From: Eledone cirrhosa
Taxonomy: Eukaryota
Reading direction: 5' to 3'
Assembly: GCA_964016885.1 (NCBI GenBank)
Contig: OZ024750.1
Location: 5,146,001 to 5,210,000 of the forward strand
Length of the DNA: 64,000 bases
The notes under the pieces are model-generated. The model saw only the letters and a list, made by a program, of their open reading frames with translations. It was not told the DNA's origin and made no database searches. This document shows positions 1 to 12,695 of this stretch, one piece after another. The stretch's first letter is position 1; every line of letters begins with the position of its first letter. The translations under genes and the position numbers were made by a program.

Positions 1-280
1 TCCTCCTGTATTTTCTTTTACCCAAAGCCAAGAACGTTACAGTACTCAAGAACATCGAGAAACGACAGCAAAATCTCCCTCACACTACATGTACATATGG
101 AGGTTGTCCGGGGATTTTGTCCATATACAATTGAAAATTACATTGAAACTGAAAACGATTGTGGACTCGTTTACATCTTGGGACCTTTTGACTAGAGTTG
201 GGATGGCTATTTCAACGCATTTCCCCCTATCCTCGGGAGTACCGCCTTTTCTATTCTGCCCGCTGGGACCATATGACGGT
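1..280 (+). mobile_element. Degenerate 3' end of a CRE-clade (restriction-like endonuclease) non-LTR retrotransposon
   Basis: 195-270 reads, with one frameshift, ELGWLFQRIS-PILGSTAFSILPAG. It is homologous at DNA level to 21232-21310 and matches the C-terminal xLFQRxSxxIxRGNAxxI motif of CRE-type ORFs. Confidence 0.55.
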
Positions 281-1601
281 TGGCCTGGGTTTCTGAATGT
301 CGGAGTCTTCTCCCACACTGCCCTGACATATATCACTGGGGTAGCGATGGTATCAAGCTGTATATTTACGATAATTACACATATAGAAACTGCCTTGATA
401 AATGTATTTGCATTAAAATGTTCGAGTGGTTGAAGATGTCCTATATTTTGACATAACTAGAGTTTAATGACTACCGCCTCCGACACCATCACTTATAACT
501 TTCACAATAATGTATATTTCTTTTCATGAATTTTGCAGATACATTATGCTGATGGATCTTTTTAAAAAAAAAGAAAGTTTATTATTTTTTCTTCGCAATT
601 AATTAGTTGTAGAAATAATTACATTTCTGTATAAAATTATGCATATTATTATTAATTATTAATTTGAAATTGATAAGCATTATGAATACAATTTCCGAGT
701 TTATTAGAAACACAGATTGGAAATATTGAAAACATTACTAAACAGAAGTATAATACAATATTGAAAGAATTTTCTTCCTTTTATTCTCTTCTTCATATCC
801 AAAAAAGGTAATAAACAACAGTTTGGAGAAAATAAATTTTGTTTAAATGTTTCCTGAATTTCATTAACATAATCATAATCTACACTTTAGCAAACGCATC
901 TCTGCATAATTTCATTTTAAAAAATACCTTCCAGTATTTAATTTTTCATCTTACGATTTAGGTTCAAGTCCCCCGAAGTCAACTTTGTCCTTCGTCTTTC
1001 TGGGATTGATAAAATAAAGTATCAGTCAAGTACTGGAGTTGGTATAATCAAATTACTATCTCCTCCCCACCCCTGTGTGTCTGAGGACGACTACTGCAGC
1101 CATCTCCCATGACGGGTGTCTATTTCATGTGACACCGGGAACTCCCGATAACAGGAGACACTGACCGGTTCTAGAAATGGCAAGTTGTGCCGTTCAGAAT
1201 TATTTTTTAAAAAGCGAATCAACAACAAAAAGGAAGCTACATGCTTGCAGTGAAGAATGAACACGATATACACTAACTCAAGCAAAAGATAAAATAGCCA
1301 ACAACAGAAATTACCGCATTTGTTTAATTTAAATTTTATTTGTTTACACACGTTTTTCATCTCTCATCCAGTTATCCTTATTTACTATTTAAAATATAAT
1401 AAATATAGGGCAATTTTTAAAGTACAAATCCAAAAATAGACAAATAAGGGACATCAATGGCCAAGCAACTAGCAAGTCAGCCATTTGGCTGTTGAAATGT
1501 AAATTTAGTGGTTTACATAGTCAAGATTCGAATCATACGTAACACGAAAGAAATAATTAGGAAAAAAAAAAAGAAAGGAGAAAAAGAAACAAATAACTTA
1601 C

Positions 1602-1930
1602 AGTACATATGACACTCCGGCAGTACGTTGGTGGACGAATGTAATGTATACTTTCCTTGGCAAGCTGTCAAACAAGGACTTGATTGGTCTTGTTTTTTTT
1701 TTCTTTCTTTCTTGCCTTTCTAAATAATAGTGAAGTGAAGGTAAACGAAAGTCGCTCCTTCGTATCTTATAAACACTAGCAGAACTGAAAAATGGTGCGC
1801 GCGAAATGTGTAAACGAAGAGTGTAAAACGTCAACAAAGTTGAGGTGAGGAATCTGATAGTGTTTCCCACTCGCCACCGTCGCCGTAGTCACTGGTTCAC
1901 TGCAACTTTCAGAATACCAATTGCCCAATC
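1602..1930 (-). promoter_or_regulatory. Possible promoter and non-coding first exon of a minus-strand gene running off the left edge
   Basis: GTAAGT donor on the minus strand at 1601-1596 followed by a pyrimidine-rich tract; local CpG enrichment at 1795-1890; tandem CCAAT at 1917-1929. Confidence 0.25.
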
Positions 1931-2899
1931 AAAGCTTTTTAATCTGTTAAAATACGAATTTTAACCAGATGATAAAGTAACTAACACTCAACGCTAAAAT
2001 GCATATAGCAGTTATGAATAAACACACCAGCTCGTCGTTGAAGCACGATAAAATATTTTGTTGTCTCTGATAATAATGAATTAACCGGCAATCATATCCA
2101 GGTCTAGCAAAGGAATTTTAGCTCAGTATTATAAGATTGTATTCTTTTATTGTGTAATGTTTACAGGAATGAACTGTTTTTAACAATGGACCGAATCATG
2201 GAAGTTTAGCTTAGTCACGGATAAAATGCAGCGTCGAAAGCAGGAAAGAAAACTTCAAGATTTCAATCATGAGACCAGTTAGAAATTTATATTTCTTTCT
2301 ATCGATCCATCCACTTTAAGAGATCTAATGCAGCCGAAATATGCTCGTTGCTTTTAACGGATAGCTTTAACTCTTTCGCGACCGTATTACTATTTCAATT
2401 GATTTAATGAAGAACTTTGAGGGATTTACTGTAATTGTTTATTATGAAATCGTTATTAGAATTAAGCATTATTATTAATAAATAAAGCATTATTAGAATT
2501 GTAACTAAACACATGGTTCTTATATAAAATTATGTGGTAACATTTTAATTTAATTGAAATCGGAACCCTTTAAAACCTTGTTTCATAAAACCAGAGCCGG
2601 GTTGATACCAGTTTCAAAGCTATCTGCACCGTCTATATTTTTCATTTCTCTTGCTTGTTTTTAGATTTTAAACATCCTTAAAAAAATGTGTGGAGTGGAT
2701 AATTCTAATTAACAGATTTTCAACTCACTATATTACGTGAGCCCCTACTGTATGTATGTTTAATATCTACAACACTCCCCTGGGGTACTTTATCTCAGCG
2801 ATTTGTTGCTATGAGGTGCTGTGCTGCAGCCCACATGTAAATCTGGTACTGATTTCAATATCGTTTGTTTACAACAAAAAAATCTGCAAGATTATTTTG

Positions 2900-3780
2900 T
2901 CTTCCATATTGTTTTCCTTGGTCTTTCTTTACAGCAACTCCCTTCCAGTAGTAACTCCTGGCACTTCTTCACCCAATGATCATCATCCATACACATCATA
3001 TCTCCATACCATCAAAATCTTTCTTGCATACTACATTTGATACCTCTTTCTCTCTCAGCTCATCTATGCTTTGTCATTCATGTACAATAACATCACACAT
3101 CCATCAAAGCTTGCTTCATTTCTCTCCATAATATACATGTCCTCTACATTTACTGCTAATGTTTCACTTCCATGCAATATTGCACTTTGCATGCAGACAT
3201 CTGGCTTTTTGTTCATAAGAGAGAAACCTTTTGTTTCCATCCTCTTCTTATCATAGCTACTATCCTTTCAATGTTAATTAGATCACATAGGTAACAGAAG
3301 CTATCAACTACCTCTACAAAGCCTTTCCGGGATTAAAAAAGTTTATTTCACTGGGGCTCTTACTACTAATTACTCCTGTACATCTCCATATAAAGTCTAC
3401 CTATTCTGTTATTCTGCATACAATCCCATTATACCTTTTGTGTACTCATGTTTTACATTGTGGACATCATATAGAGCTCCTGCATACTCCCTTTCTACCA
3501 CTTCCCTGGTGGGACCAGTCTTCTTTATATAGAGCTCCTGCATACTCCCTTTCTACCACTTCCCTGGTGGGACCAGTCTTCTTTCATACTTACTAAAACT
3601 TTCATTTTTGCTAAAATTACTCTGGGTCTTTTTGATTCTAAATTCTGTTTCCACAGTAGGAATTTCTTCTCTAGTTCTTCCACGGATTCAGCAATAAGAA
3701 CCAGATCATCAGCATACAGATGTTCCTATGGTCAACCAGTCTTAAACTCCTCTGTTACAACCTGGAAGACTAAAACTCTT
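2900..3780 (-). mobile_element. Decayed RTE-clade LINE reverse transcriptase fragment
   Basis: Minus strand gives VTEEFKTG*P*EHLYADDLVLIAES (YADD at 3705-3716), plus EVVDSFCYL and AILHGSETLA motifs at 3150-3310. Contains stops and frameshifts. Confidence 0.75.
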
Positions 3781-5242
3781 TCTACCATTTTCATAATTTA
3801 TAACTTGATCCATCAGTTTAATGCTCCTGTAGTTGGCCCTTTCTAGGACATCACCTTCATTTTATATTGAAATCCCAGAGAACACACACAGCTGTTAGTC
3901 TAGTTGACAACAGTGAAACACTTGCTGAGAGAACATGTTATGATACATTCTCAATCATCTCCAGTTAGCCACCTACATTTCTATGAAAATAGCACAATAA
4001 ATCATTCCTCACCACATTACAGAAATGTGTAGTTTGACACACACACACACACTCTTTATCCATCTCTCATTCTCCTTCTCACATTCTTTTCTCTAAGTTT
4101 TATAATAAACCTCACATATATACAACAAACATTTTAAGGTCCTGTAACTGGCTTCATAAACATCATATGGTCCTTTTGAGGCAATGTTTTGCAGCTAGAT
4201 GCCAACCCTTTTAGTCACCTCTTATAACACAGCTTGGTTTGCTTCCACCATGACAACTTTCATACCCATCATGGGATCCTCTTTGATCCAGCTTGATGCC
4301 TTTCCTGGCACCAACTTGTTTAGTCACCTCTTACGACACACAAACACATATGACATACAATGTACCTTTTCTAATACAAAACACAGTTACATAAATTATA
4401 AACCGTTATAAATAAACCGTTTACTTTACTAATATTATTATAACTTTTAATTCTGGAAAAAATTAATAAACAAGATATATACAGAAATGTTTGTGTAAAC
4501 AACAAAGGGTATAGGGGAAAAAACAAAAGCGTATTTACCTTTTGAAAGATTACAATTAACAGCAAAGTATAAAATAGAGAGAAAGTCAAATTTTTAGATA
4601 ACACTGTTATAGATTTTGACCTAGTAGAACTTGACAACAAAATTATTTACCTTAACTGTGTACAATTAACAAAAGAAATGAGTAGTTTACGTAAAGTAAC
4701 TCGTCTGATTTATCTCCATACCCTTTTGACCTTTGAACAAAATAATACCTTAATATGATGAATATTGAGTAGGGGAATCATTTTATTTTATTTTGTTCTC
4801 TGTTTATAATCAATCCTTCAGATAGAACAAGTGTTTTCACCTTTTCACAGATCTTAAAGTATGAACTTAACTAATCTAATTTACCTTCCATGTAATTCTC
4901 TCAGAATAAGTCTCTTAATCAATGCATTCCTAGTTCAAATCCCACCAGATACAAACTATGTTTTTTTTCCTTCTGGGATCAACAGGGTGGCATAGACAGG
5001 GCTGGATTTAATGAGGGGCAAAGGGGGTAATTGCCCCCGGTCCTTGCAGTGGGGACCCCAACCAGTGACGGCCATAACAATTTATTTGTGCCCTCAGCTG
5101 GGCTTTTTAGTTTTAGGATGGTTAGAATTTTTATAATTTAATACCTGTATGTCTAACTTTTCAATTCCAATTACTTGCACCAAGCTAACTTTGATATGTG
5201 AAATTGGGGAGGGGGGGGGGGGTGTATCCTAATTTTTCGAGT

Positions 5243-5445
5243 ATAATGGTGGTTAAGATAGTAATGGTAGTTAAGATAGTAATGGTGGTTAAGATAGTAA
5301 TAGTAGTTAAGATAGTAATAGTAGTTAAGATGGTAATGGTGGTTAAGATGGTAATGGTTAAGATGGTAATGGTGGTTAAGATGGTAATGGTGGTTAAGAT
5401 GGTAATGGTGGTTAAGATAGTAATAGTAGTTAAGATAGTTATGGT
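5243..5445. repeat. 18-bp minisatellite (ATGGTGGTTAAGATAGTA-like)
   Basis: Direct tandem repeats that explain the MVVKIV ORF at 5198-5476. Confidence 0.9.
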
Positions 5446-5868
5446 GCAGTGGTCACAGATATGGCCAAGTGGTTAGGAGGTTCCCAGGCCAGATGTGAAA
5501 TCTAGGCTTCTAAAACTGATAGACCCAGGCCAGATGTGAAATGTAGGCTGCAACCAGTGCTAAATACATGACTTATATTTTGGTTACAAGTATATCATGT
5601 ACATGCAGTGTACAGGATATACTTAGATGTAACAGAATAAATGAACTAAACATTATGGTGAGTAAACTCATGATACCAGCTGGCCTACTTACTAACTGCA
5701 CTCCAATCCACACCTCTTCTGGTCTAGTGAGGCTAATACTTTGATTTGTTCATCGTCATCATCACCATCGTTACTTAACCACCATTTTTCTATGGCATGG
5801 GTTGAACTATATAGTATAACTATACATCATTCAGAAGGTGTGTGTATGTGTAACAAGAGAGACCAAGA

Positions 5869-5935
<67 letters not shown>

Positions 5936-5936
<1 letters not shown>

Positions 5937-6131
5937 CGAAGGAAGTGTGGTAAGGAACCAGGTGGACCATAACGCACCAAAGTACTCAATACTTAGGGTA
6001 GTAGAGTGGGTAATAGGAACGAGTAGGACCCAGACGGCTGAGCTCAAGCCGTTTCGACAGCTAATTCTGAGTCTAGAATTAGCCGTCGAAACGGCTTGAG
6101 CTCAGCCGTCGGGGGTCCTACTCGTTCCTAT
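5936..6131. mobile_element. (TA)n-embedded fold-back element, copy 1
   Basis: About 77 bp of unique leader, then an inverted repeat with arms at 6013-6068 and 6075-6131. Flanked by (TA)n. Near-identical copy at 15768-15959. Confidence 0.8.
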
Positions 6132-6491
6132 ATATGTATATATATATAGAGAGAGAGAGAAAGAGAGAGAGAGAGGCATTATTTACATTTATGCACAATA
6201 ATATGCCTGCAGTGTGTAAACAAAATACTTTTCGTAAAACAAATATTACTGAGTAACCCACCTTCTCTCACTCACACCCTCACCAACCCATACCCACACT
6301 CTCTCTCTTTCTCACACACACACAATTCTCTCACTCTCATATACAGTCACACAACTCTTCTGCCATAAAACTTATTTTTTGTGTGTTTGTGTGTATATAT
6401 GTTTGTGTGTGTGTATGTGTTTGTGTGTGTTGTATGTATGTGTATATATATCGGCTTGTATTGGCCGATAATACTTCTTGTTGTTTTAATT

Positions 6492-6529
6492 GCCCTGATG
6501 AGTCCTTAATAGGACGAAACATTGTTGGC
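6492..6529 (+). ncRNA. Minimal type I hammerhead ribozyme (Penelope-like element pLTR type)
   Basis: GCC-CTGATGA(6495-6501)-GTCCT/TAAT/AGGAC stem II-GAAA(6516-6519)-C ATT G-TT-GGC. Stem I is GCC/GGC and the NUH triplet is GUU. AATAAA follows at 6531-6536. The motif lies in a ~130-bp island between TA tracts. Confidence 0.75.
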
Positions 6530-6574
6530 TAATAAAGACTTTTGATGTATTGAAGGCTTCTTTGTTTTACTTTC

Positions 6575-6628
<54 letters not shown>

Positions 6629-7939
6629 ATGTGTTTTCTTTTGTTTTTCTCCTTCCTGTTATCCCTAACCCTAACCCTAGTACCAACACTATCTCAAAAT
6701 TCATTGTTTCATTCAATAGACAATGGTAGTTATAATAATAAATAACAATGCAATCATTGTGTGCAAAGCTCGATCATTTAGCATATGACAAAATCACAAA
6801 TAAACTGGATTTATATTTTTTTCTTGACAACAAAAGATATTTACTTACTCACATACACAAACATCTCTAGGTTTTAAAACAAAAGTTCAGAGGGTTAACC
6901 CTACATACACATGGAAACACTATATGTTTATATATAAAACAAAAGCACCGAGTCCACTCTGTTAGGTGGTCATGCAGGAACCACAACTAAAAAAAGCACT
7001 CAGTAAAATAATGTTTAGCACAAGTCACCACCCGCAACCAATATAACAACCTCATAATTGAAATAAAACGCACACATAAAACAACAACAACAATCATAAT
7101 ACCGACAAGCCGGTCATTGATCTTTTGAGAAAACTAAAAAATTAGGTTCTTTTATTGACAGACATACAAACTATGTACGTGTATGACTGTGCAGGTGATA
7201 AAAGCTGACCATGCGCAATTGCACCTCTCAAAGACAATACAGGATCGAGATATTTGGCGTTATTTAGTAATACAGAAGACACGCCTTCTCATGTACACGA
7301 ATTTAAACATACATCAAGTAGGCACCTCTTAACTACTATACCCCATCCATACACCCACCCACCCCCTTCCTTCAACACCACTGTAAAGTTATGTTGGTAT
7401 CACAACAAAAAAAAAGCACCTAGCCCACACTGTAAAGAGCTCGTGTAGGTGTCACGATATATTCATAACTGTTAAAAATAAACCTTAAACAATTTCGAAG
7501 AATTATGTTATTAAATGGGCAAGGGAGACTACTCCAAGTAAGAGTTGTTTCCTTTACATGTCTTCACACACACACACACACTCGCATCAACTCCATTTTT
7601 TTCATATCTGATGCTTGAAGGTGTTTCAAGATTCTCACCACAGACTTTACCCAACTGTCATCCTCCATACCAATAACATGTTTGTACTAGCTCAGCCTTG
7701 CACACTAGATAGCTCATTTGTGTTATCATTCATACACACAAATATTAAACATCTACTGGGGCATACAATAAAATGCACTCAATACACTGCAAAGTGGTTG
7801 GTGTTATGAAGGACATCCAACCATACAAACCTTGCTAAACATGGAGCATATAAGAAAGATGAAGCCTATCGGACACATCTAATTTCGGCTTGTAACAATC
7901 TGTCCAATCCAAGCCAGCATGGAATGTGGACATTAAATA

Positions 7940-8102
7940 ATGGTTTCTTATATAGGCACAAGTCCAGCAACTTTGGGGAAGGGGGAAGTCGATTAAAAGG
8001 ATGAAAGGCAAAGTTAACCTCGGCGGGATTTGAACTCAGACCATAAAGGGCCGTAACTCTTGCTGCAAAGCATGGCGTCCGACCCTTTACTGATACTGCC
8101 AA
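7940..8102 (-). mobile_element. tRNA-derived SINE (abundant family)
   Basis: Box A-like TGGCAGTATCAG and box B GAGTTCAAATCC on the minus strand; the body is shared with many other copies in the window. Confidence 0.75.
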
Positions 8103-9404
8103 TAATTATACAATACTAGCTCTCCCAATAACTGTTTACACAAAGGTGGCCAACCATGGACTTATATTGTTTTCAACGAAGAACATTCAGTCGTGAATTT
8201 ATGTGCAAGTACGAGAGTATTCCATAGACAAGACATGTGCAATCTTAATGCAATTCCCAAACCAGCATGTCACAAGGGTGGTCCCTTGAATCACAGGTAA
8301 AATCCATCCAACAGGTTTACAAAGACATGGAATGTTCCGAGGCAATGATAAAGACACTTGTCCAAGCTTCTACACAGTTGGATCGAACCCAGAGCTGCAT
8401 GATTGCAAAGCAAACTTCTTAACCAGGATAATGAACCAACGTGGTCACTTAAACTATTAGAAACAACAGCCAAATATACCTGAAATGACACTACCATTTT
8501 ATAAAAGGAAGGACACATTGAATAATGTAGACTTAAATATGTTATGTCTGAACGAAAAAAGAAAATGAACGGATGATCAAAGCGGGAATAACTTTGATCG
8601 TAAGTCTGCTTGATTTGGGGTTAATAAACATTGTGGGTAACAGATTTAACTCTTTGGGTGGTAGATTTACCCTTGTATGGTAGATTTAACCTCTGAGAGG
8701 TAAATTTAACCTTTGTTTAGTAAGATTTAATTCTTAGATGGAACATTTAATCTTTGAGAGGTAGATTTAATCTTGGAGTGGTAGATTTAACTCTTAAGTA
8801 GATTTAAGTTTAATCAGTTGAACATTATCAACATAACGCGATATTATTTTTAATCTAAAACACGACAGCCATATATTCGGTGGAAATTTTATTTGTGTTA
8901 AAAGAAAAATGCTTAAAAAGTTAACTGGAGTTAAGTGTCAAATTTACCGGATGGAAATGTAGTTATCCTAGACTAACTAGTGTTATTTCTTATATTCAAC
9001 ATTTACTTAGATGAAGTAACACGCGAACTATAAATATATACATAAAGTTTCTTACATAACCTTACCCAATAACAAAATAAAATAGAAGTAAATGAATGCA
9101 ACAAACCTAAACTATCCAATATACAGGATACAAAATGCAAATATCCAACCACAAAAGCAGCACACACATTAAAACAACGTCTACTGCAACCAAACACATC
9201 CAGCAACCCAATTGACAAAACACTAGGACCTCATAACTAAAGAAATAACCTTAAACCGACATCAGACTCCTCAAAAGACCAAATATAAAGAAAATAACTT
9301 AGTAAAATTTTAATTTAAACCAACCCACTAGTGTGGTGCAGAGAGAAAGAACACCGTATAGCCAAAATCGTCCTTCAATATCTGGTTTATATATATATAT
9401 ATAT

Positions 9405-9526
9405 AATATTGCTATATTTGGGGAGGGTCATATTGTTATAATATTGCCAGAAATAATAATAGAACACACTCAGTTTTATTTCTGGCAATATTATAACAAT
9501 ATGACCCTCCCCAAATAAACAATATT
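9405..9526. repeat. Long inverted repeat (about 42-bp perfect arms) next to (TA)n
   Basis: TATTTGGGGAGGGTCATATTGTTATAATATTGCCAGAAATAA and its reverse complement, about 19 nt apart. Confidence 0.85.
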
Positions 9527-9672
9527 TGTTTCAACACACGATTTCATATCAAATACCTTATATATGTATATTTATATATACATATAGTAATAATAATACA
9601 TTTGAAGACTAAAATCCAAAGAGGGCTCGATAAGGATAAATATATATCAAATATATAAGAACCGTAGAGCAA

Positions 9673-9749
9673 ATATTTATTAAAATAACAGATTAAAGTT
9701 TAAGCAAAGAATCGCTGCTTAAACTTTAATCTGTTATTTTAATAAATAT
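9673..9749. repeat. Perfect 34-bp inverted repeat next to (TA)n
   Basis: ATATTTATTAAAATAACAGATTAAAGTTTAAGCA, a 9-nt loop, then the reverse complement. Confidence 0.9.
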
Positions 9750-9792
9750 ATATATATCCTTAGAATGAATATATATATATATATCCTTAGAA

Positions 9793-9826
<34 letters not shown>

Positions 9827-10489
9827 TTCATTCTAAGGACTTGTTTCCTCATAACTTTCTTAATAAAGTATAGTTTGCTGCGATGAATTTTCAAATGTGT
9901 AGTTGACTATAATATATATAATTTTGTTTTAATTGTCATTTTCACTCACGAGTATTACTGGAAGTTGTTTGATCTTAACGCAAATGGTTACCATTTAAAT
10001 AAAGCTATTTTTCCATTTATATATATGTATGTGTATTGAGTTAGTGCGATTACTATGACAGACAGACTCCGTATATGTTGTGTTTATATACTAATATATC
10101 AAGTACAGAAAATGAAAAATGAAGTGATATAATGTAAATATATCTTATAAAAAATAAAGAAAAACATTAAGTTACCGGACAATCTTGAGTATGTAGGATA
10201 TTTCAGTCAAGCTTCTTCTATATATGTGTGTATATAAATATATATATATAAGCAAACTAGGGGTTCGCTGTTTTCCACAATGTAAAAAGCGAAAATATTA
10301 TTGACAAATAATATTATAGAAAGCAGCCTGCAGAAAAGCGTGTGGGCAGTATAATTATACAACAGTTATATTATATTGCGAGATGTTGATGTTATTTTTT
10401 TCATTCATAAATATAGTAGCATCAGCAAACGTGCGTCAGAAAGAGAGGAGGAGAACGAAATAACCTGTTCATCGTAAATAACAATACAC

Positions 10490-10496
10490 TTTGTCT

Positions 10497-10534
<38 letters not shown>

Positions 10535-10544
10535 TTGTCTTCCC

Positions 10545-10584
<40 letters not shown>

Positions 10585-10639
10585 CTCAGACACACACACA
10601 CACACACCATCGAACAATCACACACACACATATATACGC

Positions 10640-10716
<77 letters not shown>

Positions 10717-10770
10717 AATGAAAGGTACAGAAAATATATAAATGAAATATATATATATATACATACACAC
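10490..10770. repeat. Compound (CT)n/(CA)n/(TA)n microsatellite
   Basis: Direct inspection. Confidence 0.95.
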
Positions 10771-11109
10771 GCGGTTGTTCAACGTTCATACCTTTTGATA
10801 CGTCAAAAGTACATATTCCTAATCTTAGGTCATCGCGGCGATGAAAATTTGGGAAACAAAATTAAAAATAAATAAATATATTATACGAAGGTTGATGATG
10901 TTTAAGACCACGTCAGCCGAGTTTGAATAATACCTATGGCTGGAATTATTCCAGCCATGACCATCCTGTCTTACTGAATGAAGGTCATAGTGTATCTAAA
11001 ATTATATTGTTTCCTGATTTTAGGAAGAAAGCCAACACCTCTGGAGAAGGGGAAAGTCGATTAAACGGACCGCAGTGCATTACTGGTACTTCATTTTATC
11101 GATGGGGTT

Positions 11110-11320
11110 TAGTCCAGTAAGATTTTAGTCCGGTGAGTGCTTTATCCGGTGGGGATTTTGTCCGGTGGGTAATTTTGTCCGGTGGGGTTTGTCAGGTGGG
11201 GTTTTATCTGGTGGGCTTTGTTCGATGGAATTTTGTCCGGTAAGTGTTTTGTCCGGTGGGGGGCTTTGTTCGATGACAGTTTTGTTTGGTGGGGTGTTTT
11301 GTCCAGTGAGATCTTGTCAG
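11110..11320. repeat. ~15-bp degenerate tandem repeat (TTTTGTCCGGTGGGG)
   Basis: More than 10 degenerate units; possibly the subterminal array of a DNA transposon. Confidence 0.75.
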
Positions 11321-11464
11321 TATCCCAGGAAAACAACACCAACAACACATCTTAAACATTATAGACCAAGGCTATCTCACTAAATCAATTTATAGTTTAG
11401 AAAATAGCAAGCTAAGAGAATAGTAACGTTTGTATCGATCACTGTTGTATCATATTACGTTGTT

Positions 11465-12655
11465 GTGAAGGCGTGTGGTTCAGTAGTTAGGGCGCTTGGC
11501 TCACGATAGTATGGTTCGGAGTTCAGACCCCAAACAGAGCAATGTGCCCTTGAGCAAGGCTCTTTATTTCGCGTTATTCCGTTCATTCAGCTGGTTAAAA
11601 AATAAGTTGTACTTGTAATTCAAGGGACCAGCCTGTTCACACACTGTGTCACGCTGAATCTCCTTGAGAATTACGTTAAAGGTACACTTGTCTGAGGAAT
11701 ACTCACTTACTTGCACTTTAATTCCACGAGCAGGCCGTACAAACAACTGGAAGACCGACTAAGGTCCAATTCAATGATTGGTAGAATCGTTGAAGCGTTG
11801 GACAAATGTTTTATGGCATTTATTCCAACCCTTAACGTTCAGAGTTCAAATCACGCCGAGGCCCTCTTTTCCTCTTGTCCTTCTTGGGTTGATTGAATAA
11901 GGTAACAGTCCAGTACTGGGGTCAATCAATATGTTTGACTGTTCCCCACCAAATTCATGACTGTGTCTAAATTAGAAATCATTAGCGGTGGATTGGCAGA
12001 ATCGGTAGAGGGTCGGACGCTATGCTTTGCAGCATAGAGTTACGGCCCTTTACGGTCTGAGTTCAAATCCGGCCGAGGTTAACTTTGCCTTTCATCCTTA
12101 CGGGGTCGATAAAATAAATTAACAGTAATGCACTGGGATAATTGCTGGCCTTGTGCCAAAAAATAGAAACAATTATTATATAATGTTGGGGGGGGGGCAT
12201 TAACTATCGAGCGTCGGACAACATGCTTTGCATCATTGAGTTACGGCCCTTAACGTTCTGAGTTCAAATCTCGCCAAGGTAAGCTTTGCCTTTTATCTTT
12301 ACGGGGTCAATAAAATATAGTACCAGCAATGCACTGGGGTCGATTTGATCGACTTTCCAGTCACTCAAAACTGTTGGCCTTGTACTTAAATCAGAAACCA
12401 TTTTAAAACCTGGTGGAGTCCATCTTCTCTCTAGGTTTGAACACAGCAGATTTCTTCCAGAAAAGGAGAGGAGAGAGAGAGAGAGAGAGAGAAAGAATCG
12501 ACCCCTAGTAATAGACTTGTACCTTTTTATCGACCTCGAAAGGATGAAAGGCAAAGTCGACCTCGGTGGGATTTGAACTGAGAAAGCAGAGAGTTGAAAC
12601 GAATACTGCAAAGTATTCTATCCGGCGTTCTTACGATTCTGCCAAATTGTCGCCA
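11465..12655. mobile_element. Cluster of tRNA-derived SINE copies in both orientations
   Basis: Repeated GGTGGATTGGCAGAATCGG...GAGTTCAAATCC...CTTTGCCTTTCATCC...GGCCTTGTGCC units at about 11750, 11985 and 12205 (+) and 12500-12650 (-); a different tRNA-headed SINE starts at 11465. Confidence 0.75.
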
Positions 12656-12695
12656 TAAAAATAAAAGTTTGAAACTGAAATAAAGAACATCATGT

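Noticed and set aside
89-433. 114-aa ORF and overlapping 83-aa antisense ORF as genes
   Set aside because: No recognisable domain; the region is better explained as a frameshifted CRE retrotransposon remnant.
6663-6680. (CCCTAA)n telomeric repeat
   Set aside because: Fewer than three units, which is too short to indicate a telomere or fusion site.
11985-12075. tRNA gene
   Set aside because: It has box A/B-like motifs but over-long spacing, no cloverleaf, and continues into the SINE body.
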